64,000 nucleotides of DNA, taken from contig CAWDSK010000005.1 in the NCBI GenBank assembly GCA_963804995.1, forward strand, positions 224,001 to 288,000, written 5' to 3'. Of this stretch, positions 19,324-28,803 are shown one piece after another; position 1 is the stretch's first letter; each line of letters begins with the position of its first letter. Made by a program: the position numbers and the translations under genes. Source of the stretch: an uncultured Acidobacteriota bacterium. GTDB lineage: Bacteria; Acidobacteriota; Terriglobia; UBA7540. Under the pieces are notes generated by a model, which made no database searches, was not told where the DNA came from, and was given only the letters and a program-made list of their open reading frames with translations.

Positions 19324-19632
19324 CGGAATTAACTTTTTGCCGTTCCCGCGGTTAAAAATATACACCCCTTTGCGTCCAACCGAGCCCCCTCTTCTCTCCA
19401 GGAGCGTCATGGGCCCGGAACCGCCCTTTCAGAAGTCCTCGAAACCCGTTGTCACCACTGCTGCAACCGGATTTTTCAGGCACCTCTGCATATCCGGGGA
19501 TCTCGGTCGAATCCATGTCCAACACGGTTCGGTACGGCGACCCCAAGGTTTCTGCTCTCCCAATCAGTTCCCGGTTCAGTCGCTCCAGCCCCGCGAAGTT
19601 CTCCTTAATATGATTCAAATTGGAAATGTGGG
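19324..19632 (-). mobile_element. Internally deleted IS1380-family remnant
   Basis: ENFAGLERLNRELIG...VLDMDSTEIP transposase fragment between degenerate ends CCGGAATTAACTTTTTG and CAAATTGGAAATGTGGG. Confidence 0.65.
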
Positions 19633-20204
19633 ATTAATACAGTACTAGTGAGGTGTCCCGAGTTAGAGTTGACAATGGGTAGAACCCCCTCACCCGTCTG
19701 GCCTCGGTCGCCGCGGCGACAGAGGGGAGGTCGCCGCGGCGACCGGGGTGAGGGCCGCAAACCCAGGGCTGGCGCCCTGGGCTACATTATTTTGCCGGGG
19801 CTGTAATCCTGGCCATCGTTGAAGCCGAGTTGATGGCGGTTTATGACGAGATCGATGTCTTCAGACGCCGTATGATCTCATGACTCCAGGCTGGGGCGTT
19901 TTATTAGTTTGGCGAGTTGTGCGCGGTCGCGAGCGCTCAAGGCGCGGGACAACTGTCAAACCACGAAGTCTTGGTTCGCATGGGGCCCGGCGGCGCGGAT
20001 CGCCTGGAGGGCCAACCCTGCGATTCTGGTGCGATTAGATGACGTGAAGTGTAGAGCTGCGCTCTCCGCCAGCCCGCCGCGACGTTTACGACTGGCTCCG
20101 GCGATATGGAGCTGGCTATTCCACCCGCATCAACAACATCCTGCGCGCGGTGATGTCCGGAGCACGATAGCGGCCGGATGGCAGCATATATGCTATCATA
20201 GACT

Positions 20205-20630
20205 TTGCGCCGAACTGTGATAGACACGAACGTTCTTGCCGGGGCGTTGCTCAAGCGAGCCGGGCACAACCGCGAGGTGATTCGTGCCTGCCTGGAAGGC
20301 AAGTGGAGGCCGCTGATCGGGCAGGCGCTATTTACGGAGTACGAGGACGTGCTCGGCCGAAGGCATCTGTTCCGTTCGTGCCCCCTCTCGGAGCGCGAGC
20401 GACAAGAGTTCTTTGCGGCCTTCCTGAGCGTCTGCGAGTGGGTGGAAATCTACTTTTCCTGGCGGCCCAACCTGCCGGACGAGGGAGACAATCACATCGT
20501 TGAATTGGCCGTCGCCGGAGGCGCCGAAATGATCGTAACCAACAATGTGCGCGATTTTCGCCGCGCCCAACTTCGATTTCCCGGCTTGCGCACAGTGTCA
20601 CCGCACGAATTTCTTAAGGAGCTTGCATGA
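20205..20630 (+). CDS. PIN-domain toxin (PIN_3-type toxin-antitoxin toxin)
   Basis: VIDTNVL...EYEDVL...RPNLPDEGDNHIVELAVAGGA..IVTNN.RDF. Confidence 0.9.
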   Translation: MRRTVIDTNVLAGALLKRAGHNREVIRACLEGKWRPLIGQALFTEYEDVLGRRHLFRSCPLSERERQEFFAAFLSVCEWVEIYFSWRPNLPDEGDNHIVELAVAGGAEMIVTNNVRDFRRAQLRFPGLRTVSPHEFLKELA

Positions 20631-20929
20631 GCACCCTCACCATCCGGTTACCAGAAGTGAAACACGCACGCCTACGCCGACTGGCCGATAGCCGGAGGAT
20701 CAGCATGAATAAGCTGATCGACGAGTTGGCGACGGTCGCCCTCGCCCAACACGACGCCGAGCTAAGGTTTCACGCTCTCGCCGCCAGAGGGTCTGCCGCA
20801 AAAGGACTCGCCCTGTTGAATAAGCTCGAACCAGAAGCTCCCCCGGCGATGACACCGAAGCGGGGTAGCGGGGTAGCGCAGAGTTGTTCCGCCTTTTGGA
20901 ACTACTCTGCGGCTCTTATCTTTTCATAA
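20627..20929 (+). CDS. HicB-like ribbon-helix-helix antitoxin; C-terminus runs into a REP element
   Basis: MSTLTIRLP..KHARL...ISMNKLIDEL; ATGA overlap with the PIN gene. Confidence 0.85.
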   Translation: MSTLTIRLPEVKHARLRRLADSRRISMNKLIDELATVALAQHDAELRFHALAARGSAAKGLALLNKLEPEAPPAMTPKRGSGVAQSCSAFWNYSAALIFS

Positions 20930-21029
20930 CATCCTCTCATAACATCCTCACCGTACGATTACCCATTTACGAACCGCAGAGTAGGGCAAAACACGCCCGA
21001 CTCTGCGCTACCCCGCTGCGCTACCCCGC
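20861..21029. repeat. GTAG-type REP doublet (GTAGCGCAGAGT..ACTCTGCGCTAC family)
   Basis: Two CGCAGAGT/ACTCTGCG hairpins in inverted arrangement; relatives at 22388-22516 and 36572-36845. Confidence 0.85.
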
Positions 21030-21161
21030 TGGCGCCGACGGGCTACGTGGGGCTGCTGCAAGAGGGGGTTGTACGGACGTTGAGGGTCGCTCTAAAGGCG
21101 TGCCGGGTGACTGGCAGGTAATCCAGAAATCGCTTCGAGTAAAACCATCAAGGTGGCGAGT

Positions 21162-22295
21162 TCATACTCGCTGAGCGGCTGCAATCTCTAGTAAGAATTC
21201 CTTGAGGGCTTTTAGCTCTTCCAAGTTAAGTGTCTGAATCTTCTTGGAGAGGGTCACGTACTTCCCGGGTTCGAAGTTTCCCTTCCAAGAAAGCAGAGGG
21301 GCGTACTTCTTTGCCAATGAGTCCAGTGATGTAAAATCCAAAGATTTTATGATATACGGAATCGGGAGTTGGATATCTCCCGAACTGAAGACGTACAACA
21401 TACTGTCCCCGTCTAGGTTGCGGATTACAAGTGTCGGGTTCTGACCTGTTCCATAGCCTTCCCGAAGGCGATCCGCGTGGTCGTCTACGAACCGCAGCAT
21501 CTCTGTGAACCGTTCCAGCAGTTCTTTGGATGCTGGATTAGAAAAGTGTACAAGAACGGAACGTCTGTTCCAAGAACGGCGTTGCGCAGAGGTTCCGGTT
21601 GAGGACGCCATCTTTGCCCGCCGCGCCTTCTCTGAATACCCAAACAGACTGGGGACAACAAGTCGCAGATCACCCTTCGTGTATTGATGGGCTTCCACTA
21701 TCAACATGCTGGTGTGTTCAAGCTGGTCGTTGAGGAATTCCACAATGCACTTCAGTTCTACCGGTGCCTCTTCAATGAAAAACACGATCCGAATAGTGCC
21801 GTCTTTGAGGTTCGCCTCGGCCTTCTTGAAAAACTCCTCGGCATTGAGTTGCGCGTCCTGCTGGAGTTTAGCCAACGCATCCTCAAGCGACTCATTGTGT
21901 GGTCGTGCCGCATTCCGTGCAAAACCCTTCAAGGTTTCATGGTCCCAGTAGAATTGCCCATTGGCGGCATAATCCATCACTTGTCCAACGACTTCACGTC
22001 GGGAACGCGTATCGTTGAACCGCTTGCACTCTACGAACGTTGGAATGGCATCCTGATCGACGAACAAAAAATCCACTGCCCACCCTCTACTACCACCTGA
22101 TGTGGGGTCGGGGACGGGCATTTCCCTTTTGACAAGCAGCCAGCGCCTCGGTTGGTCCGGGTCGATTTGTTCGCCAGCGAGCAAGTCGGAATTATTCGCA
22201 AGAAGCGTTTGGAGTTCTTTCGCCTCATCAGTACAACGAATCGGCTGCATCAGCTTCGGTTCACCGTTAGGATCGACAACGAACACACGCCTCAT
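21162..22295 (-). CDS. Putative PD-(D/E)XK nuclease (NucS/DUF91-like N-terminus) with unrecognised C-terminal domain
   Basis: E.ELQ...VDFLFVDQDAIPTFVECKR...REVVGQVMDYAA; lower GC than the flanks. Confidence 0.7.
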   Translation of the reverse strand: MRRVFVVDPNGEPKLMQPIRCTDEAKELQTLLANNSDLLAGEQIDPDQPRRWLLVKREMPVPDPTSGGSRGWAVDFLFVDQDAIPTFVECKRFNDTRSRREVVGQVMDYAANGQFYWDHETLKGFARNAARPHNESLEDALAKLQQDAQLNAEEFFKKAEANLKDGTIRIVFFIEEAPVELKCIVEFLNDQLEHTSMLIVEAHQYTKGDLRLVVPSLFGYSEKARRAKMASSTGTSAQRRSWNRRSVLVHFSNPASKELLERFTEMLRFVDDHADRLREGYGTGQNPTLVIRNLDGDSMLYVFSSGDIQLPIPYIIKSLDFTSLDSLAKKYAPLLSWKGNFEPGKYVTLSKKIQTLNLEELKALKEFLLEIAAAQRV

Positions 22296-22583
22296 AGTGC
22301 CCCCTTCACTCGCTAACTGAAGTTGTGACCGTGGGTCCTTGCGTCGATGAGTGATTTATCTTGCACACCGTGCCCGCAACCGAGCGCGTAGCGCAGGTAC
22401 GCGTATTCTGCGTTCCTGTGCGGCTTTTCATTTCGTTTTCGCAACGAGAAACAGCGTAACGCGGCTCGAATTTGGGAAGATCCGCGGAGCAGGAAGCGCG
22501 CAGCGCAGTACTCCGCAGTTCTGAGCTAATGTGGCACGCTGAAGCGCAAAACTGCGCCCCGCACCAGCCAGAGGGCATGCGGT

Positions 22584-22841
22584 TCAGCCGCGCCCGGCTT
22601 TTAAGCGCCGGGTGGAACCCAACGTCAAACGCGATGCGCTCTCGGCCACTTCGACCAGAGAATGCAGAGCCTTATTCACGGCCACGGAGTTTGGAAAGAC
22701 CGCCGCAACCTCTGGATCAAGCACGACAACGTTCGAGTTTGCCATAATCCGCTCGTAGTACCTGCCGTGTTCAAGCTTCTTGAAGTCAGAGCGTTTGTAC
22801 TCCGGGCGAAGTTCATCGGATGTGGACTTAACCCTCTTCAT
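22584..22841 (-). CDS. BrnA-like antitoxin; cognate BrnT toxin absent or decayed
   Basis: DELRPEY...GRYY...VVLDPEVAAVFPNSVAVNKAL. Confidence 0.8.
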   Translation of the reverse strand: MKRVKSTSDELRPEYKRSDFKKLEHGRYYERIMANSNVVVLDPEVAAVFPNSVAVNKALHSLVEVAESASRLTLGSTRRLKAGRG

Positions 22842-23351
22842 AAACTTGTTCAGGACGACCCGTCCAAACGGCCATGGAGGGCCTGACAGTGGGCACCCCT
22901 AACGATTACTGCACGCATAACTCCCATTATAACATCGTAACGCCGCTCGAATTTGTAAGATCCGCGGAGGAATCCGTCGGCCTGGGATAGGCCCAGGGCT
23001 GCCGCCTGTTCACAGGGCCGTACGCGATCTGCTCGGATGTGGCGCCCGGTGGTTCCGGGCGTATCGTCGGCTACTCGGAAGTTGTACACCCGCTGATTTG
23101 TCGGCCAACCGCTCGGAGGTGCCAGTCTGACTCCCGAGATACGGGGTTCTGGGGATCAGTTCCTGGGTTGTCGCCCCAGGGTTTACCGATCCACGCAACT
23201 CTGGACGGTTGACGGGCTGCTCGAAAACAAATCACCTGGCCGGTAACGGCCTACGAGTAGGGGTGCGAGGCACCTCCACTCCGGCTTATTTTAACGCCTA
23301 TGGGGCTGGGGGGTGAAGGGGTCGGACAGCCTTGTCAAATATTAACCGGGA

Positions 23352-24290
23352 CTAGTTCCCGGGCCGAATGCCAATCACGGCCATTTGCCTTCCCGTGCGC
23401 CCGTTCTCTTTCCGGTGCGAAAAGAAGAGGTCCGTGCGGCAGGCCGTGCAGTAGTGTGCGACAAGTACATTGGAAGGTTTGACTCCGGCGTTGGCGAGCT
23501 GAGACCGGGCGACGGCGACCAGATCGAGTCGCGCTGCAGGGAAGTGCTCGGGGGCGTGGCCCGGTGGATACGCACTCAGGAAGGGAATTGAGCTGTGACC
23601 GGCTGCCATATGGGGGCGATGAGGCAGCATCTCGAAAAACCGGTCGGCGTGCGCGAAGCGTCCCTCGAAGGCTTCGACCACCTCTTCGCCTACATCGTAG
23701 CAACAGGAGCGGATGGACGGCCCGAGCGCCGCAATCAGATCCCGCGGATTGGAACCGAAGACTTGCCGCATATCCCCCACGGCTTTCTCGATTATGCGCT
23801 CGAGTGCGCCGCGCCAGCCTGCATGCACCGCCCCGACCACCCGCCGTTTGGTATCCACCAGCAAGACCGGCAGACAGTCGGCGATGCGGATGGTCAACAG
23901 GATTCCCGCTTCCGCTGTCATCAGGCCGTCTCCTGCCGACGGGTTCGGGTCAGCACACTCCCCGGCGACGACGCCGGAGGGTCGGAATTGAAGTTGCTCT
24001 GCCTCGTCGCGAGCCACCGTGAAGACGTGGGCGGAATGAACTTGCCGCACCGACCCCACCAGAAAGTCCTGGGCGCCAATCTGCTTCAGGAACCGTTGGC
24101 GGTTCAGCTCCACCTGCTTCCGCCGGTCCCACTCCGTGAACCCCAGGTTGAGGCCTTGACAGGGAGGCAGGCTCTGGCCCCCGCGCCGCGTGCTGAACGC
24201 GTGCACAAGCCATGGCAGCTTGGCGAGGCGCAGGGATTCCAGCCATGCCAACCCACCGCGCGAAACGATTTTGAAAGTTTGACGGCCCAA
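23352..24290 (-). CDS. pgeF: Peptidoglycan editing factor / purine nucleoside phosphorylase PgeF (YfiH)
   Basis: HAFSTRRGG, QVHS, ADCLPVL, AVHAGWRG, GPSI..CCY, FFSHR; start uncertain (TTG at 24290). Confidence 0.9.
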   Translation of the reverse strand: MGRQTFKIVSRGGLAWLESLRLAKLPWLVHAFSTRRGGQSLPPCQGLNLGFTEWDRRKQVELNRQRFLKQIGAQDFLVGSVRQVHSAHVFTVARDEAEQLQFRPSGVVAGECADPNPSAGDGLMTAEAGILLTIRIADCLPVLLVDTKRRVVGAVHAGWRGALERIIEKAVGDMRQVFGSNPRDLIAALGPSIRSCCYDVGEEVVEAFEGRFAHADRFFEMLPHRPHMAAGHSSIPFLSAYPPGHAPEHFPAARLDLVAVARSQLANAGVKPSNVLVAHYCTACRTDLFFSHRKENGRTGRQMAVIGIRPGN

Positions 24291-24704
24291 ATTTGAATAT
24301 AGCACAGCACCGAAATAATTCTCACCGCAGAGGCGCCGGGACCGGGAGAGAGGGAACGGTCTTTCCAGTCTCCGGAGTGCCCTATGGCAATTGCAGGTCC
24401 GCGACAGTTTGTAAAGAAGTGGGACATGTCCCATTTGTTGCGCGGCGAGGGGCGTAGCGACCGTAGTCCCACCAAATTCTCACCCTTTTGCCCTTGGACC
24501 TAACATTTCTTCCGCCAGAAGTGCTTTCGGAATCGCCCCTCCTGCAGGGCCTCCAGCGTCGGATTGCAACTGCGTGGTAATCTGATATCATCTGAATAGA
24601 TAGATAAGGGCTGATATTTAAGAGGATGCTTTGAAGCGCGTCTTGTCGTCGCAGCTGCCGAATTTCGGAGCGAAACCGAAATATTCCAATAGGCCCACAA
24701 CCTG

Positions 24705-25097
24705 GTGATGATCGTTGGAACCGGAGTGGATATCGCGGAAACCTCTCGCATCGAGCAAGGTCTCGAAAGGCATGGGGAGCGGTTCACGAAGCGGATCTTC
24801 ACCCCCGCGGAAATCGCCTACTGCGATAGGTTTAAGAATCGTGCCGAACGCTACGCAGCACGATTTGCGGCGAAGGAAGCGGCTTTCAAAGCTCTGGGGA
24901 CAGGCTGGCGGGAGGGGATTCGCTGGCTGGATGTCGAAGTCACGCACCAGCCGAGCGGCAAGCCGGAATTGGTCCTGACCGGCCGCGCCGAAGAAGTGGC
25001 GCGCCAATTACGTGTCACCCGGATGGCAGTTTCGATTTCTCACTCGGACCGTTACGTAGTTGCCCAGGTGATTTTTGAGAGCGATGACTCAGTTTGA
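24705..25097 (+). CDS. acpS: Holo-[acyl-carrier-protein] synthase
   Basis: GTGVDI, ARFAAKEAAFKALGTG, VSISHS. Confidence 0.95.
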   Translation: MMIVGTGVDIAETSRIEQGLERHGERFTKRIFTPAEIAYCDRFKNRAERYAARFAAKEAAFKALGTGWREGIRWLDVEVTHQPSGKPELVLTGRAEEVARQLRVTRMAVSISHSDRYVVAQVIFESDDSV

Positions 25098-25806
25098 GTC
25101 CCGCAGTCTTAGCCTGTGCAGGGTGGCTCTGGCGGTGGTGTGCCTGCCCGCAGCCGCCCTTCCCCAGGGCTACTTGGCCGAACGAGCCGCACAACCGATC
25201 GTTATCGGAGCCAAGAAGGCTGCTCAACTGATCGTGCATCAACCCGTCCCGGAGTATCCGCCGCTCGCCAAAGTCAACTACATCCAAGGGCACGTTCAAC
25301 TGGGGATCCAGGTCACTGCGGATGGAAAAGTTGCCCACGCGCATGTGTTGGGCGGGTACCCTCTTCTCGCGGCGTCGGCGCTCGAAACCATACGAACCTG
25401 GACCTATAGCCCCCTCATCACTGCCGCCGGACCCTCAGCCTTCGTCACTACCGTGGACATGAATTATTCCTTGCGCATCCACATGTCAGATGTGAGGCCC
25501 CTTCAGGCGGAGCGCGATTTGAGCCGTCAGGTAAAGCCCCCGGAAGTCATCCGGCGGCCTGCGAATACACCTTTGAAAACCCTTGTGCATATGCACCTGT
25601 TGCTGAATGACCAGGGCCAGGTGATCGATTCCGAACCGTCACTCGAAACCGTCAGTAAGCTCACCCCCGGGGATGAAGTGCTGCAGGGTTGGACCTTCCG
25701 CCCCGCCCGATGGGGCAGTCTCCCTGTCCCCTGGTACCTCAACGTCGAAGTCCCCGTCAGCGAGGCGCGCACTCCTCAGGCTTCTGCCGACCCCGAACAT
25801 CGCTGA
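25084..25806 (+). CDS. Secreted protein with tandem TonB C-terminal domains
   Basis: PEYPPLAK..IQGHV...GYPLLAASA...WTYSP, and a second WTFRPA..G..VP. Confidence 0.8.
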   Translation: MTQFESRSLSLCRVALAVVCLPAAALPQGYLAERAAQPIVIGAKKAAQLIVHQPVPEYPPLAKVNYIQGHVQLGIQVTADGKVAHAHVLGGYPLLAASALETIRTWTYSPLITAAGPSAFVTTVDMNYSLRIHMSDVRPLQAERDLSRQVKPPEVIRRPANTPLKTLVHMHLLLNDQGQVIDSEPSLETVSKLTPGDEVLQGWTFRPARWGSLPVPWYLNVEVPVSEARTPQASADPEHR

Positions 25807-26044
25807 TAATTGCCAGTCCGCGAAACGAAACCTGCGAGCGGGATCCCCTGTGGCGTCCTGTAGCCCGCATTTCTCACCACGCTTGGACGCTCTTATTGGG
25901 CGTGCCGGAAGGGCGAGGACTCCCGACAAGTCGAGACGCGTTCCGCCCCGACCTTCCAAACCGGTGGTGAGAAATCCCAGCTAGGAGTAAACTGAGGTGG
26001 GGCTCTCGGAAGAGGTGCCCGAAAACCAATACGTCGGGGACTTC

Positions 26045-26533
26045 ATGAATATGCGGGGTAAGATGGGAAGGCGATTCTCGGTTTTGAGCGGATTGCTCAT
26101 ACTGCTCCTCCTGCTTACGGGCTTGGTTTTTGGCAAACGCAAACCGGTCGACGAGCCACCGTTCCTGTATGAGGCGGGGACAGAAAACCTTGAGCGAGGA
26201 TGCGGTGGAAAACTGGAAGTGCTAAGGGATGCCATTGCCTTCAATTGTCCCCAGGGGACTGTCAGCATGCCCTTTTCTGCGATCACCCTCATGCAATTTC
26301 GGCCCGACGTGAGCAAGCAGGTTGTGAGGATGAACATTGATTGGAAAGTGCGGCCCCAGTCTACCAAGGCCAGGGACAACCTGTACTTTACGATTCTCTG
26401 CAACGAAAATGGGAAAATCCGTGCTATCGTCCTGAGGGTAATCCCTGACACTTTGCGCCCCTATCTGGCGGAAATCGAGCTGAAATCTGGTAAGAACGTT
26501 CAGGTGTACCGAAGCTATGATGAACTTGATTGA
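26045..26533 (+). CDS. Hypothetical exported protein
   Basis: Hydrophobic N-terminal segment and open frame; no motif recognised. Confidence 0.7.
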   Translation: MNMRGKMGRRFSVLSGLLILLLLLTGLVFGKRKPVDEPPFLYEAGTENLERGCGGKLEVLRDAIAFNCPQGTVSMPFSAITLMQFRPDVSKQVVRMNIDWKVRPQSTKARDNLYFTILCNENGKIRAIVLRVIPDTLRPYLAEIELKSGKNVQVYRSYDELD

Positions 26534-26640
26534 GGAATTCGCAGGGACGGGTGGGCTGGGCGGTACCAAGCTTTCCGTGGAATGGCGAAGGGTAAGGCAA
26601 TTCGCTTGATCACGATCTGAGGGGATAACTCTCACTCCCT

Positions 26641-27819
26641 TTAATCAGTCGCGTTGGGCCGCCCCGGAGTAGTTTTGCCAAGGTGTTCCTGGGGTGGTCC
26701 CTGATAGAAGTACCCCGCGCGGGCCCGAACCTTCGCTCCCGGTCTTCGCACCTCAACTTTGATCTTGTGGTACAGGGTATCCTTGAGGTTGTTGGGGCTA
26801 TAGGTCAATTCGTATTGACTGTGAATCTCGGTGGCAATGCGGCTCACTGCCTCTTGGACCGTGTCCTTTCCCCACTTCTGATAATAGTTGCCGCCTGAAT
26901 AATACGAGAAATACTTCAGCGAGCTTTTGAAAATCAAGCCCTTCACTTCCTCGCCGCCCGCCAGCAGAATCTGGGCCATGGGGATCGGGTCCTCATAAAG
27001 GGCTTCCGCCTGACCGGGGGTGCCGGCCAGGCCGGGAGGCATGGACATCGCCACACTTTCCTTCGCCAAGTCGGGGCGCGGCTCCTTCTGGGGCCTCGCC
27101 CACATGCCCTTGGCGGGATTGAAGCCCAGCCCGTAAACGGTAATATCCGAATTCATGGCCCGCTTGAGGATCTCACCCCGGCTCATTTGGCTGCCCATAT
27201 TGAATCCGTCGGAAAAAACCACCACCACGCGCCTCTCGTCCTTGGGCCGCTTATCAAGCATACTGAGGGCCCGCGCCAGCGCGTCGTCCAAGTGCATCCC
27301 GCCCCTTCCTCCATGCAGCTTGCGCAACGCCGTATCCAGCTTGTCGGCATTGGTCGTGAAGTCCAGGGGTTCGTCCACGCGGTCACTGTAAGTAAGTAGC
27401 GCCACCTCCCCTTGTGGCCCCATCAGCATGTCTGAAAACAAGGGGCCGAGTGGGTGGACATCATCTAGATAAGCTGCCGTGTTGTCGTTGGTTTCTACCA
27501 CGATGACCAGAGATACCCGGCGGATTTCGGTGTCAAAATTCAAGATGGTCTGCGGATCGTCATTGTCGTAAATCTTAAACTCGGCCTTCTCGAGGTCGTA
27601 TACGAATTGCCCGGCCGAATCGAATACCGTCACGGGAGTGCTCACCAACTGGACTTGCTGACGAATCGTCAGGTCACCTTGCGCGGGTTGCTCCGGGGTC
27701 TTTCCCGCCGCCCCCTCCTGCGCAAGGATCGCTCGCACCGAGCCCTGTTCCGCGAACCCTACCAGCAGCACGAGGAAGGCTGCCAGGCAGCCAAGCATAC
27801 GCAGCCATTTCGAACCCAT
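26641..27819 (-). CDS. VWA-domain protein (acidobacterial VWFA-related type)
   Basis: PVTVFD..G.FV.DL...F.IYDN; VVVFSDG; SQYELTYSP...HKIKV.V....KVRARAGY; GGAGG RBS. Confidence 0.88.
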   Translation of the reverse strand: MGSKWLRMLGCLAAFLVLLVGFAEQGSVRAILAQEGAAGKTPEQPAQGDLTIRQQVQLVSTPVTVFDSAGQFVYDLEKAEFKIYDNDDPQTILNFDTEIRRVSLVIVVETNDNTAAYLDDVHPLGPLFSDMLMGPQGEVALLTYSDRVDEPLDFTTNADKLDTALRKLHGGRGGMHLDDALARALSMLDKRPKDERRVVVVFSDGFNMGSQMSRGEILKRAMNSDITVYGLGFNPAKGMWARPQKEPRPDLAKESVAMSMPPGLAGTPGQAEALYEDPIPMAQILLAGGEEVKGLIFKSSLKYFSYYSGGNYYQKWGKDTVQEAVSRIATEIHSQYELTYSPNNLKDTLYHKIKVEVRRPGAKVRARAGYFYQGPPQEHLGKTTPGRPNATD

Positions 27820-27910
27820 GAACGACCTCCCAAAACTTGCCTTCCTGTTGGATGACCGCAAACTCCCCGGCGTTGCAACAATCCACAGGTGGGTTGCTCC
27901 CCACCCAACC

Positions 27911-28678
27911 TTATGTGCCGGGTATACTTTCCGGTCGCGGAGTGCGTTGCCGGACGGCCTCGTAAAGCACCACCCCTGCGGCCACGGAAACATTGAGCGA
28001 GCTCACGGGACCGTGCAATGGGATGTGCCCCATCTCGTCGCAGGCTTCCCGCACCAGACGATGCAATCCCCGTCCTTCGCCGCCCAAAACCAGCACGCAC
28101 CCGGGCGCATAATCGAGCTCAGTGTAAGACTTTGGAGCCTCCGCTTCAAATCCATACACCCAAAGATTGCTTTTCTTCAAGTCCGTCAGCGCCCGCACCA
28201 GGTTGGGAACACGCGCCACCTTGGCGTGCTCCAATGCGCCGGCCGCTGCGCGGGCGACCGCAGGCGAGAGCCCCGCCGCACGCCGCTCCGGAACCATCAC
28301 TCCCGTAGCCCCGGCCGCCACCACGGTGCGAATGATCGCCCCCAGGTTCGCAGGATCTTCCACTCCATCCAACGCCACCAGGAGGGGCCGCTCCTGTGCC
28401 GCGAGCATCTCGCTAAGATCATCATAACCCTTGGGCGTGCACACGGCCACCACGTTTTGGTGTTGAACCGTGCCGGCAGCGCGCTCGACAGCAAGGCGGG
28501 GGACAAAGCGCAGTGAGATACCTGCCACGCGGCAAGCATCAATGATCTCCTGCAACCGCGGATTCTGGTAACCCTGCGTGATCAGAATGTGATCCACCGA
28601 ACGGGTGCCGAGCGCTTCCTTCACGGCGTGGATGCCGTATACCATTTCCGGCCGCTCGCCGCTTTCTCGATTCGACAA
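27911..28678 (-). CDS. rlmB: 23S rRNA 2'-O-methyltransferase RlmB (TrmH/SPOUT family)
   Basis: YGIHAV; LDGVEDPANLGAIIRT; LGGEGRG; SLNVSVA. Confidence 0.92.
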   Translation of the reverse strand: MSNRESGERPEMVYGIHAVKEALGTRSVDHILITQGYQNPRLQEIIDACRVAGISLRFVPRLAVERAAGTVQHQNVVAVCTPKGYDDLSEMLAAQERPLLVALDGVEDPANLGAIIRTVVAAGATGVMVPERRAAGLSPAVARAAAGALEHAKVARVPNLVRALTDLKKSNLWVYGFEAEAPKSYTELDYAPGCVLVLGGEGRGLHRLVREACDEMGHIPLHGPVSSLNVSVAAGVVLYEAVRQRTPRPESIPGT

Positions 28679-28803
28679 AGAATTACCTCTCCCAGCCAGA
28701 ATTACTCTGGTGCTTTACAAAGTGACTAAAGGGATAATAACCGCTAATCCCCACGACTGGGGTTCAAAAATCAAGCCAGACTTATTGTCCGCCAACCCAA
28801 GCC

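Larger units (their letters stand above)
19645..23355. mobile_element. Island bounded by the left and right halves of a type B MITE
   Basis: 19645-19695 matches 11401-11451; 23302-23355 matches 11579-11639 with a 7 bp deletion. Confidence 0.6.
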
